From Octopus sinensis (lineage: Eukaryota), in assembly GCF_006345805.1 (NCBI RefSeq), contig NC_043010.1, positions 64,976,001-65,040,000 on the forward strand: 64,000 nt of DNA, given 5' to 3'. Positions 53,307 through 64,000 of this stretch are shown here, one piece after another (the first letter of the stretch is position 1; each line of letters opens with the position of its first letter). The notes beneath the pieces were generated by a model. The model was not told the origin of the DNA. It saw only the letters and a list, made by a program, of their open reading frames with translations, and ran no database searches. Both the position numbers and the translations under genes were made by a program.

Positions 53307-53744
53307 CTGAAATAAATTTTTAAAATGTTAAAAAATGACTTGCCATTACAAGAGTTATCTGATAAAGTATATTTCACTTTATATACTAGAAACTGTAATT
53401 TCTTTTATCGATACAAAGACCGGATATGGTTAAATATTTATTTAATATATAATTGTACTTCTACTTTGGCTAATATTAAAGTTACTGTAGTCAATAGTAA
53501 AGTGAAAATAGAAGCTTTGATGTTAATATGATCAAACAAGGCTGGTAAAATAAAGTTGGTGAAATATAATATATAAATGATTATAAAGAGCAAAACTGTA
53601 CCACATGCCTTCCATCAAAATAATATTCCTTCAGCCCAGCAAACGACTTACGCAGGTAGTAATGCGTGTAAGAGACTTTGAAAGAATATATATATATATA
53701 TGTATGTATGTATGTATATATATATATATATATGTATGTATATA

Positions 53745-53831
<87 letters not shown>

Positions 53832-53847
53832 AAATAAAAATTCTAAT

Positions 53848-54423
53848 GCCCTTATTTTGTATATTATTTATAAATTTAACCTTTAAAGGTATTTTTTGAT
53901 ATGCTGGCCATTGATAAAATTTTTTTTCTCGAAAAAAATTTTATCCTATTATTAGTTATAAATTTAATAGTGTTCACTTCCGGATTCGCTCATTCTGTGA
54001 AAATTTCTAGTTCGAATCACACGTACTCGAGATGTGCCGAAGATTTTCTATTTTGGATATATTTGGGGTTCTTAGGTCAGCTCGGGACTTGGTGCTTGCT
54101 TTTTCCATGGGTATGAGTAAGTATTTCATTTATATCTCACGTATTTATCGCTGAAGAGGGGAAAATTCTTATGAATTAACCCCGAAATTGGGACCAATAC
54201 GGTAATAACGGGTTTTTTAGAAAATTCTATCGGTTTGTTTCAAGACTCATAAATTATAATGGTTATTGACAATTTTGTCTTTTTTTCGGCATATTTGGCA
54301 GTAGAATTTTTGTTTTGCCCTTATTTTGTAAATTATTTATAAATTTAACCTTTAAAGGTATTTTTTGATATGCTGGCCATTGATAAAATGTTTTTCTGAA
54401 AAAAATGTTATCCTACATTAGTT
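53848..54423 (+). repeat. Direct repeat (about 108 bp, period 469 nt) enclosing a hammerhead: Penelope pLTR partial tandem or retrozyme-like unit
   Basis: 53848-53957 and 54317-54423 are near-identical (gcccttattttgta...ttatcct..ttagtt), bounded by (GT)n/(TATG)n and (TA)n. Confidence 0.75.
54145..54205 (+). ncRNA. Type I hammerhead ribozyme
   Basis: TTATCG-CTGAAGA-GGGG(loop with AATTC/GAATT hairpin)CCCC-GAAA-TTG ggac CAA-TA-CGGTAA. All three stems pair; predicted cleavage after A54199. Confidence 0.85.
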
Positions 54424-54669
54424 ATATATATATATATAAGGGAGAATTCACAAGAAAAAACAAAAGACGAAGACATATGGTGTAGACAACAAGCAGATGC
54501 AATAGTTTAATGCTTGGGAAGTGAAAAAGCTTTAATGTTTCGAGCATTCGCTCTTCCACAGAAAGGAACACAGAAAGAAACAAGGAGAGAATAAAGAATG
54601 TATAGTGGCTAGCAATCAATCATGGCGAATGCCGGACAGATATATATATATATGTATATATATATATAA

Positions 54670-54850
54670 AGCTAACACTACCTTTTTATCCATGAAAATC
54701 TGGGAATTCAAGGATAGTAATAGTGAAATTAGCCTAAAATGGGATATAGTCCATGAAGCTCAGCCATACAAAAATTACCGATATAGATGTGAACTATGTT
54801 GTATGGAGATATATGAATTAGGGATAAGCAAAACCTAAATAATAATAAAT
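54670..54850 (+). mobile_element. Penelope GIY-YIG endonuclease C-terminal fragment
   Basis: LKWDIVHEAQPYKNYRYRCELCCME matches the PLE W.I...A..Y....C.LC..E motif. Confidence 0.7.
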
Positions 54851-54919
54851 TAGACCTTAGAGTATCCTGTGTACATAGGATTACACGTACCTTCAAATAC
54901 TTTAGAAGCAAATAATAAT

Positions 54920-55300
54920 CTTCTCTACTCAAGGCACAAGGCCCCAAATGTTGGCGGAGGTGGGGCAGTCGGTTAGATGGATCCCAGAACGCAACTGGTA
55001 TTTAATTTATCGATCCCGAAAGGATGAAAAGCAAAGTTGACCACGACAGAATCTGAACTCAAACCGTAAAGACATTCGAAATACCTATTTCTTTACTGGC
55101 GACAAGGGGCTAAACACAGAGAGAATAAACAAGGACAGACAAACGGATTAAGTCGATTATATCGACCCTAGTGCGTAACTGGTACTTATTTAATCGACCC
55201 CGATGAAAGGTAAAGTTGACCTCGGCAGAATTTGAACTCAGAACGTAGCGGCAGACGAAATACGGCTACGCATTTTGCCCAGCGTGCAAACGCCTTAGAA
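54920..55300 (-). mobile_element. Two adjacent or nested SINE family A copies
   Basis: Two runs of tcgatcccgaaaggatgaaa...gaactca. Confidence 0.75.
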
Positions 55301-56729
55301 ACAAATAAGAATAAGCATATCATACTATGATTTGGTAGCCTGAGTTATCCAGGGTGTCATATCTTTCATAGCATACCCTATATTATCTAGAAATACATGT
55401 AGTATTGCTCTCTAATAGCCCTTAACTACTTCAATCTGCATTCCTTCAATATTTATATTGCAACCTCGGTATTGGGATTATTTTCCTTTATAGTGATAAT
55501 ATATAAATTCGCAATGGATTACCAATTCTTGCGCCTCCCCTAAGTATAAGTTATACCCCATAAGAACTGATATTATTCTAAATAAATCAGTGTCTCTGAT
55601 ATATTTTGCAAATATTTTATAAACCCATTTTCAAAGGTATCTTTATCTTAATTTATTCTTTAATTAGTATTTGATAAGCATATCTTGATTTATCCTTTTT
55701 TTTTCTGTTATAACTTTCATATCATTCGCAATGAAATATTTTATTTTATAAAGTCTTATTAAAAACATTCTTATATAAAAATATTTTAGCTTTATATTTT
55801 TCATATTTTTTATCTTGTATATCTAAATTTTTATATATCTATACACACTCCTGTATATATTGATTGCAAAGGAGGTTATAATTTCTTTTCATAAAACTCA
55901 TTGTATAATATAATACAATATTATATTTATAATTACACATTAGGTTTTATAAAATTTATAAATATTTTATATATATACTTGCCGGGTCATAGTGCTAGTG
56001 CATGTATATATGTGTATATATAAGTGAACATATTACATGTACATCTATATATATACATCTACACAAAATACAAAATACAAAGTTATATCTTGATATCGCT
56101 AGTGATAACAATACTCAAAATATATAACAGACTGGAATTGTTAGCCCGTCTCTTGTAATTTCGATCAATTGTATCTTGTTCTCCCTCTTGTATAGAAGTG
56201 TGGCTACAATCCAGCCTACCTCTACTTCGGGGGGGGGGGGGGCATTAAAAATTTTATTCCAGGGGCGTCCTACGTCCCAGATATAAAGGTAAAAATAAAA
56301 TATTTCCACTTTGCAAGTTCGAGTCGAGTACTCCCTTGCACACTCCATTGACTCGAACCTTGCTTCTATTGTGGTTAATATACTGCCTCTGATTAGATAA
56401 CTTTCATAGTTGCACCAAGACACTTTTCGAAGGTGCTTTCCTCCATGTGTTGAAATCTTTTTTCTCTACATTGTATACTTTATAGACAATAGTCTTTTCT
56501 TTAATTAAATTTTTATATATCCATCTGGACTATTCCATTTCTGCACGCTAATTTTATTTTTAATTTATTGCCATTCATGTGAAACCACTTATTCAAGTTC
56601 AAATCATTGATGCAATTTTATACCAATTGCTATTTCAACTTTTGTTATGTTACGATTATATTATACTTTAGTTTGATTTTAATTATTATTTACTACTTAT
56701 AATTCAATTGTTATTATTATTTTATTGTT

Positions 56730-57140
56730 AAAGTGAAAACATCTGACATAAAATAGAGAAATATTTTTGTTTCACTTTTAACACGTAATACTGAAATAGT
56801 GGAGAAGATATGATATTGCTATGGACTCGCTCTAGGCAAGAAGTTGAACTTTTTGTGCCCATGAAACTACATAGACCATAAGTAACGCATGTGTAAAATT
56901 TGAATGAAATGGGTTGTGTAGTTCTCAAGTTTTAGGGAATCGTAGTGGAGAAGATATGATATTGCTGTGGGCTCGCCCTAGGCAAAAAGTTAAATTATTT
57001 TGCCGATGACACTCCCCGGACCCTAAGTAAGGCATGTGTAAAATTTGAATGAAATTGGTTGTGTAGTTCTCAAGTTTTAGGGAAACACACAGACCGACAG
57101 ACAGACAGACACACATTCTCAGTTTTATATATATAAAGAT
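56730..57140 (-). mobile_element. Non-autonomous Helitron-like element with a tandem internal duplication of about 150 bp
   Basis: Minus start tctttatatatataaaac, (ctgt)n, ccaatttcattcaaatttt box. Block gtggagaagatatgatattgct...gttttagggaa occurs twice. Confidence 0.55.
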
Positions 57141-57360
57141 ATACGTGATATGTTTATACATTCTTACATCCTTTCATGATCTTTTCCTAGTTCTTGTAAT
57201 TTATAAATAATTTTTTTTACAAGATTATTTTATAAAAGTTTAACATATATGGAAATAATTATTTTATTTTATTTTAGTTGCTTTCAAATCATGTATTATT
57301 CAATAAATATTTACATGCCCATATCGGTTTAGCTATTACTTCTGCATGCACTCCATATAT

Positions 57361-57657
57361 AGGCGCATGGCTAACAATCATGCGGTAGTGAGTTCGATTC
57401 TCGGATCGAGCTGAGTGTTGTTTCTTGAGCAAGACACTATATTTCACGTTGCTCCAGTTCACTCATTTGTAGGAATGATGTAGGACATCACTGGTGTCAA
57501 GTTGTATCTGTTTTTGTCTTTCCATTGGATAACATCGGTGGCTTGGAGAGGGGATGCTGGTATGCATGGGCGACTACTGGTCTTCCATAAACTTGTGCTT
57601 CGGAGGGGAATTTTTAAGGTGCATTTCATAGCCATTCGTGACCAAAGGGGGGGTCTT
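57361..57657 (+). mobile_element. tRNA-derived SINE, family B, older copy
   Basis: aggcgcatggct...gttcgattc...tcttgagcaagacactatatttcacgttgctccagttcactc. Confidence 0.75.
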
Positions 57658-57899
57658 AAACATTTTTTTATATACATACGACTATTTCTCCTACTTTGTG
57701 CACTAAGTATATAGTAGTCCCTGTAAATTAATATATATATAAACCTGTATATAAACTTTTATAATCTTAATTTAAGTAGAGACTATAATTTCTGATGAAT
57801 AACTAATTTCGTTGAACTGTATCCACTAAGATCTCTATTATATTATATATACTCACATGATTTAGTTTTTAGGGATTATCACAAATGTCCAATGAACGT

Positions 57900-58560
57900 A
57901 CGTGTTACATTCTGAGTAACAGTTGCTGAAGTCTTTTTAAATCAACACTCCTTGGTCGGATGATCCTTTGGGCCTTCCGTCGTCTCCAACTAGATCCCAC
58001 CACCCACCCCATTTCCCCAACACACCCCTGTCGTCCTTTAAATGCGCCGTAACCTACGCGATCTACTAGTCTGTAGCACCCTCCTCTCTTACCTCCCAAC
58101 CCCATTCGGATGCTTCCCTTACTCTAGATTCTGCTGCTACACTTGCCCTTTCATCAGCAACACCACCTCCCTCACTGGATTCAACCAGCAAACCCTCCAC
58201 ATTAGAAACTCCCCTTGCACTTCTTCAAGTCTTATCTATTGCATTAGAGATAATCTCTGCAATAAACTCTACGTTGGTCAGACGGACTGCTGCCTGGCCG
58301 ACCGGTTCACGGAACATCTACGAGATATTCGGCTACGCACGAACATTCCCGTCGCCCGTCATTTCCGTTTGGCCAACCACTTCACCTCTTATATCTCCAT
58401 TTTTGGCCTCGCCTTGCACCACAGATCCACACTCTCGACTCCGCCTGGAACAGCGTTATATTTTCAGTCAACAAACATAAACTCCCTTCGTACTCAGCAT
58501 AACCCCCTCCTCTTAACGACTGCCTCTAAACCCTTTTCTTTTATTTTATTTTATCTTCTC
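57900..58560 (+). mobile_element. Penelope-like GIY-YIG endonuclease domain
   Basis: CTSSSLIYCIRDNLCNKLYVGQTDCCLADRFTEHLRDIR..PVARHF. Confidence 0.85.
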
Positions 58561-58859
58561 TCATAACCATTTACTTCTTTGCACTGTTACCTATTTTACG
58601 ATTTTTTATTGTTTTTTATCGTTTTTTCTGTCGAATTAAAAAAATTTATTGTATTATTTTTTATAATTTTTAAAATTTCTATTTCATTAATTTAATTTTG
58701 TTTAAATTTTAATTTTTTTACTTTTTATTCTTTACTTTTTATTTTTTATCTTATATCTGTTATTTTTGAATTTTTAAAAATTTTTTTAATTTTTTCATCT
58801 TGTAACCTTCTCCATTTTTGCCCCTTTTTTACCGACCTTCTTTATCATATTTTATTTTA

Positions 58860-60170
58860 TTTCTATATACACGCACACATACATTCACACACGTACATAT
58901 GCACACACATGCACACATATACGCACGCGCACAGGCATGAACTCACATATACCTCACATATATAACCCACACACACACCATACACATACACACAACACAC
59001 ATACATGCACACATATACACACATGCAGGTACACACACATACACACATATACACACATGCACTTACACACGCACACATGCGCATACACACACACACCCAC
59101 GGACGCATACACGAACGCAAATATAACTCCACACACACGACTCCATGCACATACTCACATATACACACACCCATACACACGCATACATAAGCACACATAC
59201 GCGCACATACACGCACGCGCACAGACATGAATACACATGCACCACACATATATATCATACACACACAACATGCACATACAAGCACACAAGCAATGTACAC
59301 ATATACACATACACACACGCACACACACACACAGGCACAGGCACACACATACAAACACACGCACATACATATACACACATCACACACACAACCCCACGTA
59401 CACACGTACACACATATACACACTCACACAGACGCTCATACAAATACATACGCACACACATACAAACACACGCACATACATATACACACACCACACACAC
59501 AACCCCACGTACACACGCACACACATATACACATGCACACACACATATACACACTCACACACACACGCACATACTAATACATACGCACCCACATACACAC
59601 ACACGCACATGAACGCACACACACCTCCCATTCACACAACACAATCATACAAACACGCTCACAATTACACATACAACGACATGCACACACGCACATACAC
59701 ACGCACACGCACACACTCATATACAGGAATGCACATATTACTCCACACACACAAAGCCACGCACATGCATATACACACGAACATACACATACGCACATAC
59801 ACATATGTACACACACGCACGCACACGCACACACACACACAAGACACACACACATCATACACACACAGCATATACATAGACACACACACAGCATATACAT
59901 AGACGCACACATACATACACATGCACACAATACTTCAAACTGCCTCCCAAACACATTTCTACTGACCATTCCTCTACGCACATGTGAAGAGACACATAAC
60001 TCCACAAAGGTCCACCACTCCTGTTACCATGCTACTGAATTTTTCCAACTTTAAGAGACAAAGTTCACTCACACATCCACATATAAACATCCAAGACCAC
60101 ACAAACTCCACACACACACGCATACACACACATACCATTACACCCACACCCACACGCAGACTAGCGCACA
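58860..60170. repeat. About 1.3 kb CA-rich cryptically simple repeat with higher-order units
   Basis: (CA)/(TACA)/(CGCA) mosaic; a unit of about 78 bp recurs near 59343 and 59455. Confidence 0.95.
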
Positions 60171-60301
60171 CGCACATACTAAAAGATACAGAGTCATACC
60201 TCCTTCTCTTACACTCTCCTGTCTTCGAACTGTTTACCGTATTTTCAAAATGTGAATCGTCGGCGATTTTTTCCTCCATCTATTGGACTTTCCAGTCTCC
60301 T

Positions 60302-60336
60302 GTTTCTGAAGAAGAGCGTCGCTCGAAACGTAGAAC
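60302..60336 (+). ncRNA. Minimal (palindromic stem III) hammerhead ribozyme of a Penelope pLTR
   Basis: GTTT-CTGAAGA-A-GAGC gtc GCTC-GAAA-CG-TA-GAAC, with an ACGT palindrome at stem III as in PLE minimal hammerheads. Confidence 0.65.
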
Positions 60337-60439
60337 CACTTTACTTTCCTTCCCTTGAGCATCTGCTAATACTTTGCATGTATCACTCCTTGCGTTGTTG
60401 TTTTTTCTTTCTTGTGTTTGATCTTCGTGGTTTTGGATT

Positions 60440-60442
<3 letters not shown>

Positions 60443-60517
<75 letters not shown>

Positions 60518-60829
60518 GGGTAAAGACCCCCTTCGGTCATGAATGACCATGGGATTGCACCTAGAAAGTTACCCTCCTAGACCAAGTCCGGGCAAGGTTG
60601 TTATGGAAGACCAGCAGTCGCCCATGCATACCGGCCTCCCCTCTCCACGCCAGCAGTGTTATCCAAGGGAAAGACAAAGGCCAATACAGCTTGGCACCAG
60701 TAATGTCGCAACTCGTTTCTACAGCTGAGTGTGAACTGAGAGCAACATGAAATAAAGTGCCGGTCCAGGATTCGAGCTCACAACCTCACGATCGTAAGCT
60801 CGACGCTCTAACCACTGAGCCATGCGCCT

Positions 60830-60880
<51 letters not shown>

Positions 60881-61080
60881 GATCCAAACAAGAAAGCAAA
60901 AAAAACACAACAACGCGAGGACGTGGAACAAATATAGTATTATAGGACGCTCAGGAAAGAAGGAAAGAAGGAGGGTTCAACGTTACGAGCGGAGCTCTCC
61001 GTCGGAAACATAGAAGGAAAGATCCAGAGAAGGGAAGACAAAGGAAAAAAAATCGCCAACGGTACACACGCGGTCACATT

Positions 61081-61145
<65 letters not shown>
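60443..61145. repeat. Three (TA)n tracts (60443-60514, 60833-60877, 61086-61144)
   Basis: Direct reading. Other pure tracts: (AG)n 1817-1862, (GT)n 10095-10165 and 53762-53817, (TA)n 14558-14610 and 18303-18357. Confidence 0.95.
60517..60830 (-). mobile_element. tRNA-derived SINE, family B, inserted in (TA)n
   Basis: Near-identical to 19278-19616 apart from a deletion of about 25 bp. Confidence 0.85.
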
Positions 61146-61153
<8 letters not shown>

Positions 61154-61725
61154 TTGGGTCATTCCATAAATAATGCGGTTTTTTTCAATCGCATGAACTA
61201 AAAGTTGAAATAGGATGGGATAAACTACCTGCATCAACCTGCTATGAAAGCAGATAGTAATTTTCCCTCTTCCTTAATCTTAGGGCAAGTTTTGAAGGGT
61301 GAAGCTCGATTTAAACAGTTATTTTTTCAAAGCTATAATGGAAGTGACAAATGAGCACGTTCGGCATAGTTTGTTTTATTATGAGTTCAACAAAGGCAAC
61401 AAAGAAACGGAAAGTGCGAGGGATATTAATGCAGTGTTTGGGGATTGGACAATAAGTGTAAGCCAGTATCAACGGCGGTTCCAGAAGTTCCGAGCCGGAA
61501 ACAACAACCTAGAAGACGAGCCACATCTTGGAAGATCTGTAGAGCTCGAGAAAGATGTCTTGCAAACTCTGGCGGAACAAAATCCCATCGTAACTGTTGA
61601 GGAACTAGTACAGCAGCTTGGTTTTGGTCATTCAAGATGGAAAAGTATTGTAGAAAATTTTAGATCAAAAAAGTACTTTATCTTAATCTTTTAAAAAATG
61701 AGGGTTAAAAAACCGCATTATTTAT
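61154..61725 (+). mobile_element. Internally deleted mariner
   Basis: TIR ataaataatgcggtttttt / aaaaaaccgcattatttat; MEVTNEHVRHSLFYYEFNKG...FQKFRAGNNNLEDEPHLGRS. Confidence 0.85.
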
Positions 61726-63300
61726 TTTCTTTTACTCTCTTACTGTTTTCAGTCAGGGGCTAGGGCCGTACTGAAGCACCGACTTTCACAAGTTTCGGGT
61801 CTCCCTTCGGTATTATGCTTGACGGCAAAACGAGTTGGATGGAACTGCAGCGCTTGATGTTTCCCAGTGGAGAGAAGACACCCGAGAATTGTTTATTTAG
61901 TACTTCCCTTATCCTCTTTGGGTCTGCAGTTAACAAATCGACTTCAGATTGTTGACCTATCCTGTAGTGCACTGTGGCAGATTCTTTGAATAGTTGGTTT
62001 GGAAAAATACCTGCTCAATTCCGTCATATTGTCTGAGAAAATTGTTGGTGTTATCTTCACGTTATACATTAGAGCTACATTTTTGGTAAAACAGAATTCT
62101 AACCTCCCTCTCTCTTCCTTTCTCTGTATATACATATATATGTAGATATGTGAAGTATTATCACTGTTAGAAACAGTAATAATGAGGTGGCTAGCAAGAC
62201 TTCTACATAAACAGTTATAATATTTGAAAAAAGAAGGGTAAAAATACCGCTTGCAAAAAATTAAAGTGAAAGCTTAAGAAAACCCACCAATTCTGCGATA
62301 AATACACACACGAGCAATTTAATGAACATTTTAAAAATAGGCCTGCCTTCAGGAGGGAAATTGAAGGCAGTTTTATTACATATTCCAACATCAATTGATT
62401 TCATGCTGTGCATGATAAAACATGCCCGGCAATCCTCATTTGAAGGCAGTATTAACATCTATTTCTAAAATATTTAAAGTATTTAACATATTTTTCTAAA
62501 ATATTCATTACGTCAACTCGTGTGCGTTTCTAGCTTTTGGGCAATGAAATGTTACCGAAGTATTTATCACGAATATAGTAGTTACATTACTACCACCCTT
62601 TATCACTATACACCTGTGATAAGTTGTAAGTATGGAAATAGTGGCATTTATTCTGTTCCTGACATTTTTAATAAGTCTATTGTTGCCAGGTCATAGTTCA
62701 GATTGTTTCTATATTACGTGTTTTGCACATTTCTTGCGTTATCATATCAATACATTAATGCGTGTACCTCTACGGACACAGGAAAACTAGTGATTTATTA
62801 ATTACTGTTTTCCTGTTTCAGTAGAACTAAATTTGTTTAAATATTCCATGGCTACTGAATACCTGCAACAAATGACGGTGAAAAAAAAAATCTAGATTTA
62901 AACAATTTAACGTTTCGTCTGATTTTTATCACAACACATGGATGTGAGATGTGATCACGTGACGAACGCCGCAGTTTTGTGACTTTGTGCAGTATATCCA
63001 CGTACATTAAGTAAGAATTATATATATGTGTGTGTGTGTGTATGTTTCCGAATGATTATGTAACACACACACACGCACGCGCACACATACAGATATATAC
63101 ATAGTCATTACGAGTCAAATATTTCCTGATTTTTTTACGAAGATTCTTGTGAATGAATGCTTGAAAAGCATAATTGTTATAAACCGGTGTAGTCCTCATT
63201 TCCACTCGCACATTATTAAAATACCAGGAAATATTTAGAAAGAGACAAATTCACAGGCTGAGACATATTTTTTAAAATATAATGTAGACTTAAATTATAC

Positions 63301-63435
63301 CTTGTTGACAATTGTCACCGTCATATCCAGCAGCACACCCATCTGGACATGTCCCATTTCGTCTGTCGCACTTTTTGTTGTCAACACAGTGACATATATC
63401 TTTACAATTTACACCAAATTTATCTCCTTCACATT
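63301..63435 (-). CDS. EGF-like (MEGF/laminin-type 8-Cys) exon B'
   Basis: tttcag|...G|gtataa, 135 nt, phase 1-1, ECEGDKFGVNCKDICHCVDNKKCDRRNGTCPDGCAAGYDGDNCQQ. Confidence 0.9.
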
Positions 63436-63676
63436 CTGAAAATATTGGTATAAACAAATTATATTAGATATCATTTACTGAATATAATAAAAGGTATATC
63501 TATAATACTTTTCTACTTCAGAAATATAATTAAGATATTGTATGCCTGTAAACAAACATTAAACATTTGTTTCGCTTAACGTAATATGTTATCATAAACA
63601 AGATTGAACAGGTAGAGACATTAATTGAAATATAAAAAATAATTTAATAATTTTGGAATAAAGTATAGAAAATTAC

Positions 63677-63805
63677 CTTCTTGACAGCTGGATCCGCTGT
63701 ATCCTGCATCACAATCACCTGGACATGATCCATGTACGTGGTTACATGGTAGGGAACAATGACAATGCTTTTTGCAACCCTCACCAAAGCTGAATCTGGA
63801 GTATT
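63677..63805 (-). pseudogene. EGF-like exon A' with damaged splice acceptor (probable decayed or skipped exon)
   Basis: 129 nt, EYSRFSFGEGCKKHCHCSLPCNHVHGSCPGDCDAGYSGSSCQE, donor G|gtaatt. Same length as the paralogous exon 53178-53306, but the acceptor reads cgg instead of cag, the first Cys is Tyr, and (TA)n replaces the pyrimidine tract. Confidence 0.7.
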
Positions 63806-63811
63806 CCGTAT

Positions 63812-63866
<55 letters not shown>

Positions 63867-64000
63867 GTGTGTGTGTGTGTGTGTGTGTATGCTCCTACGT
63901 GATTTTGCATGTGCAGAAATGCAGATGCACACACATGCACACGTTATGTCACTGAAATACATTTATTCACAGTTGTATGGATACCTATCCATCCATGCAT

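Larger units (their letters stand above)
29785..63805 (-). other. Gene 1 span: EGF-repeat receptor-type protein tyrosine phosphatase-like gene (partial; 5' end beyond window, 3' catalytic exons not found)
   Basis: Twelve exons in the order EGF x4, TM, juxtamembrane x2, PTP x5. Eleven have canonical AG/GT ends and compatible phases. The chain from 53306 to 29785 joins in frame with no stop codon. Confidence 0.88.

Noticed and set aside
62800-62880. YSVAMEYLNKF, resembling the end of an RPTP D2 domain
   Set aside because: Short match in an ectodomain intron with no neighbouring PTP exons; probably chance.

Overview
AT-rich, microsatellite- and transposon-dense animal DNA. The SINE families and gene type point to an octopus/cephalopod genome (inference). 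Exons found by hand, mostly missed by the ORF track, define two multi-exon genes in head-to-tail order on the minus strand. Gene 1 (at least 63805 to 29785; 5' end outside the window) is an EGF-repeat receptor-type protein tyrosine phosphatase. It has four phase 1-1 EGF exons forming a duplicated two-exon cassette, one transmembrane exon, two juxtamembrane exons and five PTP-domain exons that join in frame. The conserved KNRY motif reads KNLH, and I could not find the WPD/HCX5R catalytic exons; a 100-N gap lies downstream. Gene 2 (about 18880 to at least 979; 3' end outside the window) has a putative signal-peptide exon, an N-terminal EGF exon with a 1-bp frameshift, a two-exon non-EGF module of about 98 aa and a further EGF exon. 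Introns hold mariner/Tc1, Chapaev3-like and Helitron-like elements, CR1-, RTE- and R4/Dong-like LINE fragments, tRNA-derived SINEs and Penelope-like pieces. Three Penelope-associated type I hammerhead ribozymes fold completely or nearly so. Within gene 1 the intact ribozymes are antisense and the sense copies carry core mutations. All calls are by eye; no database searches were run.
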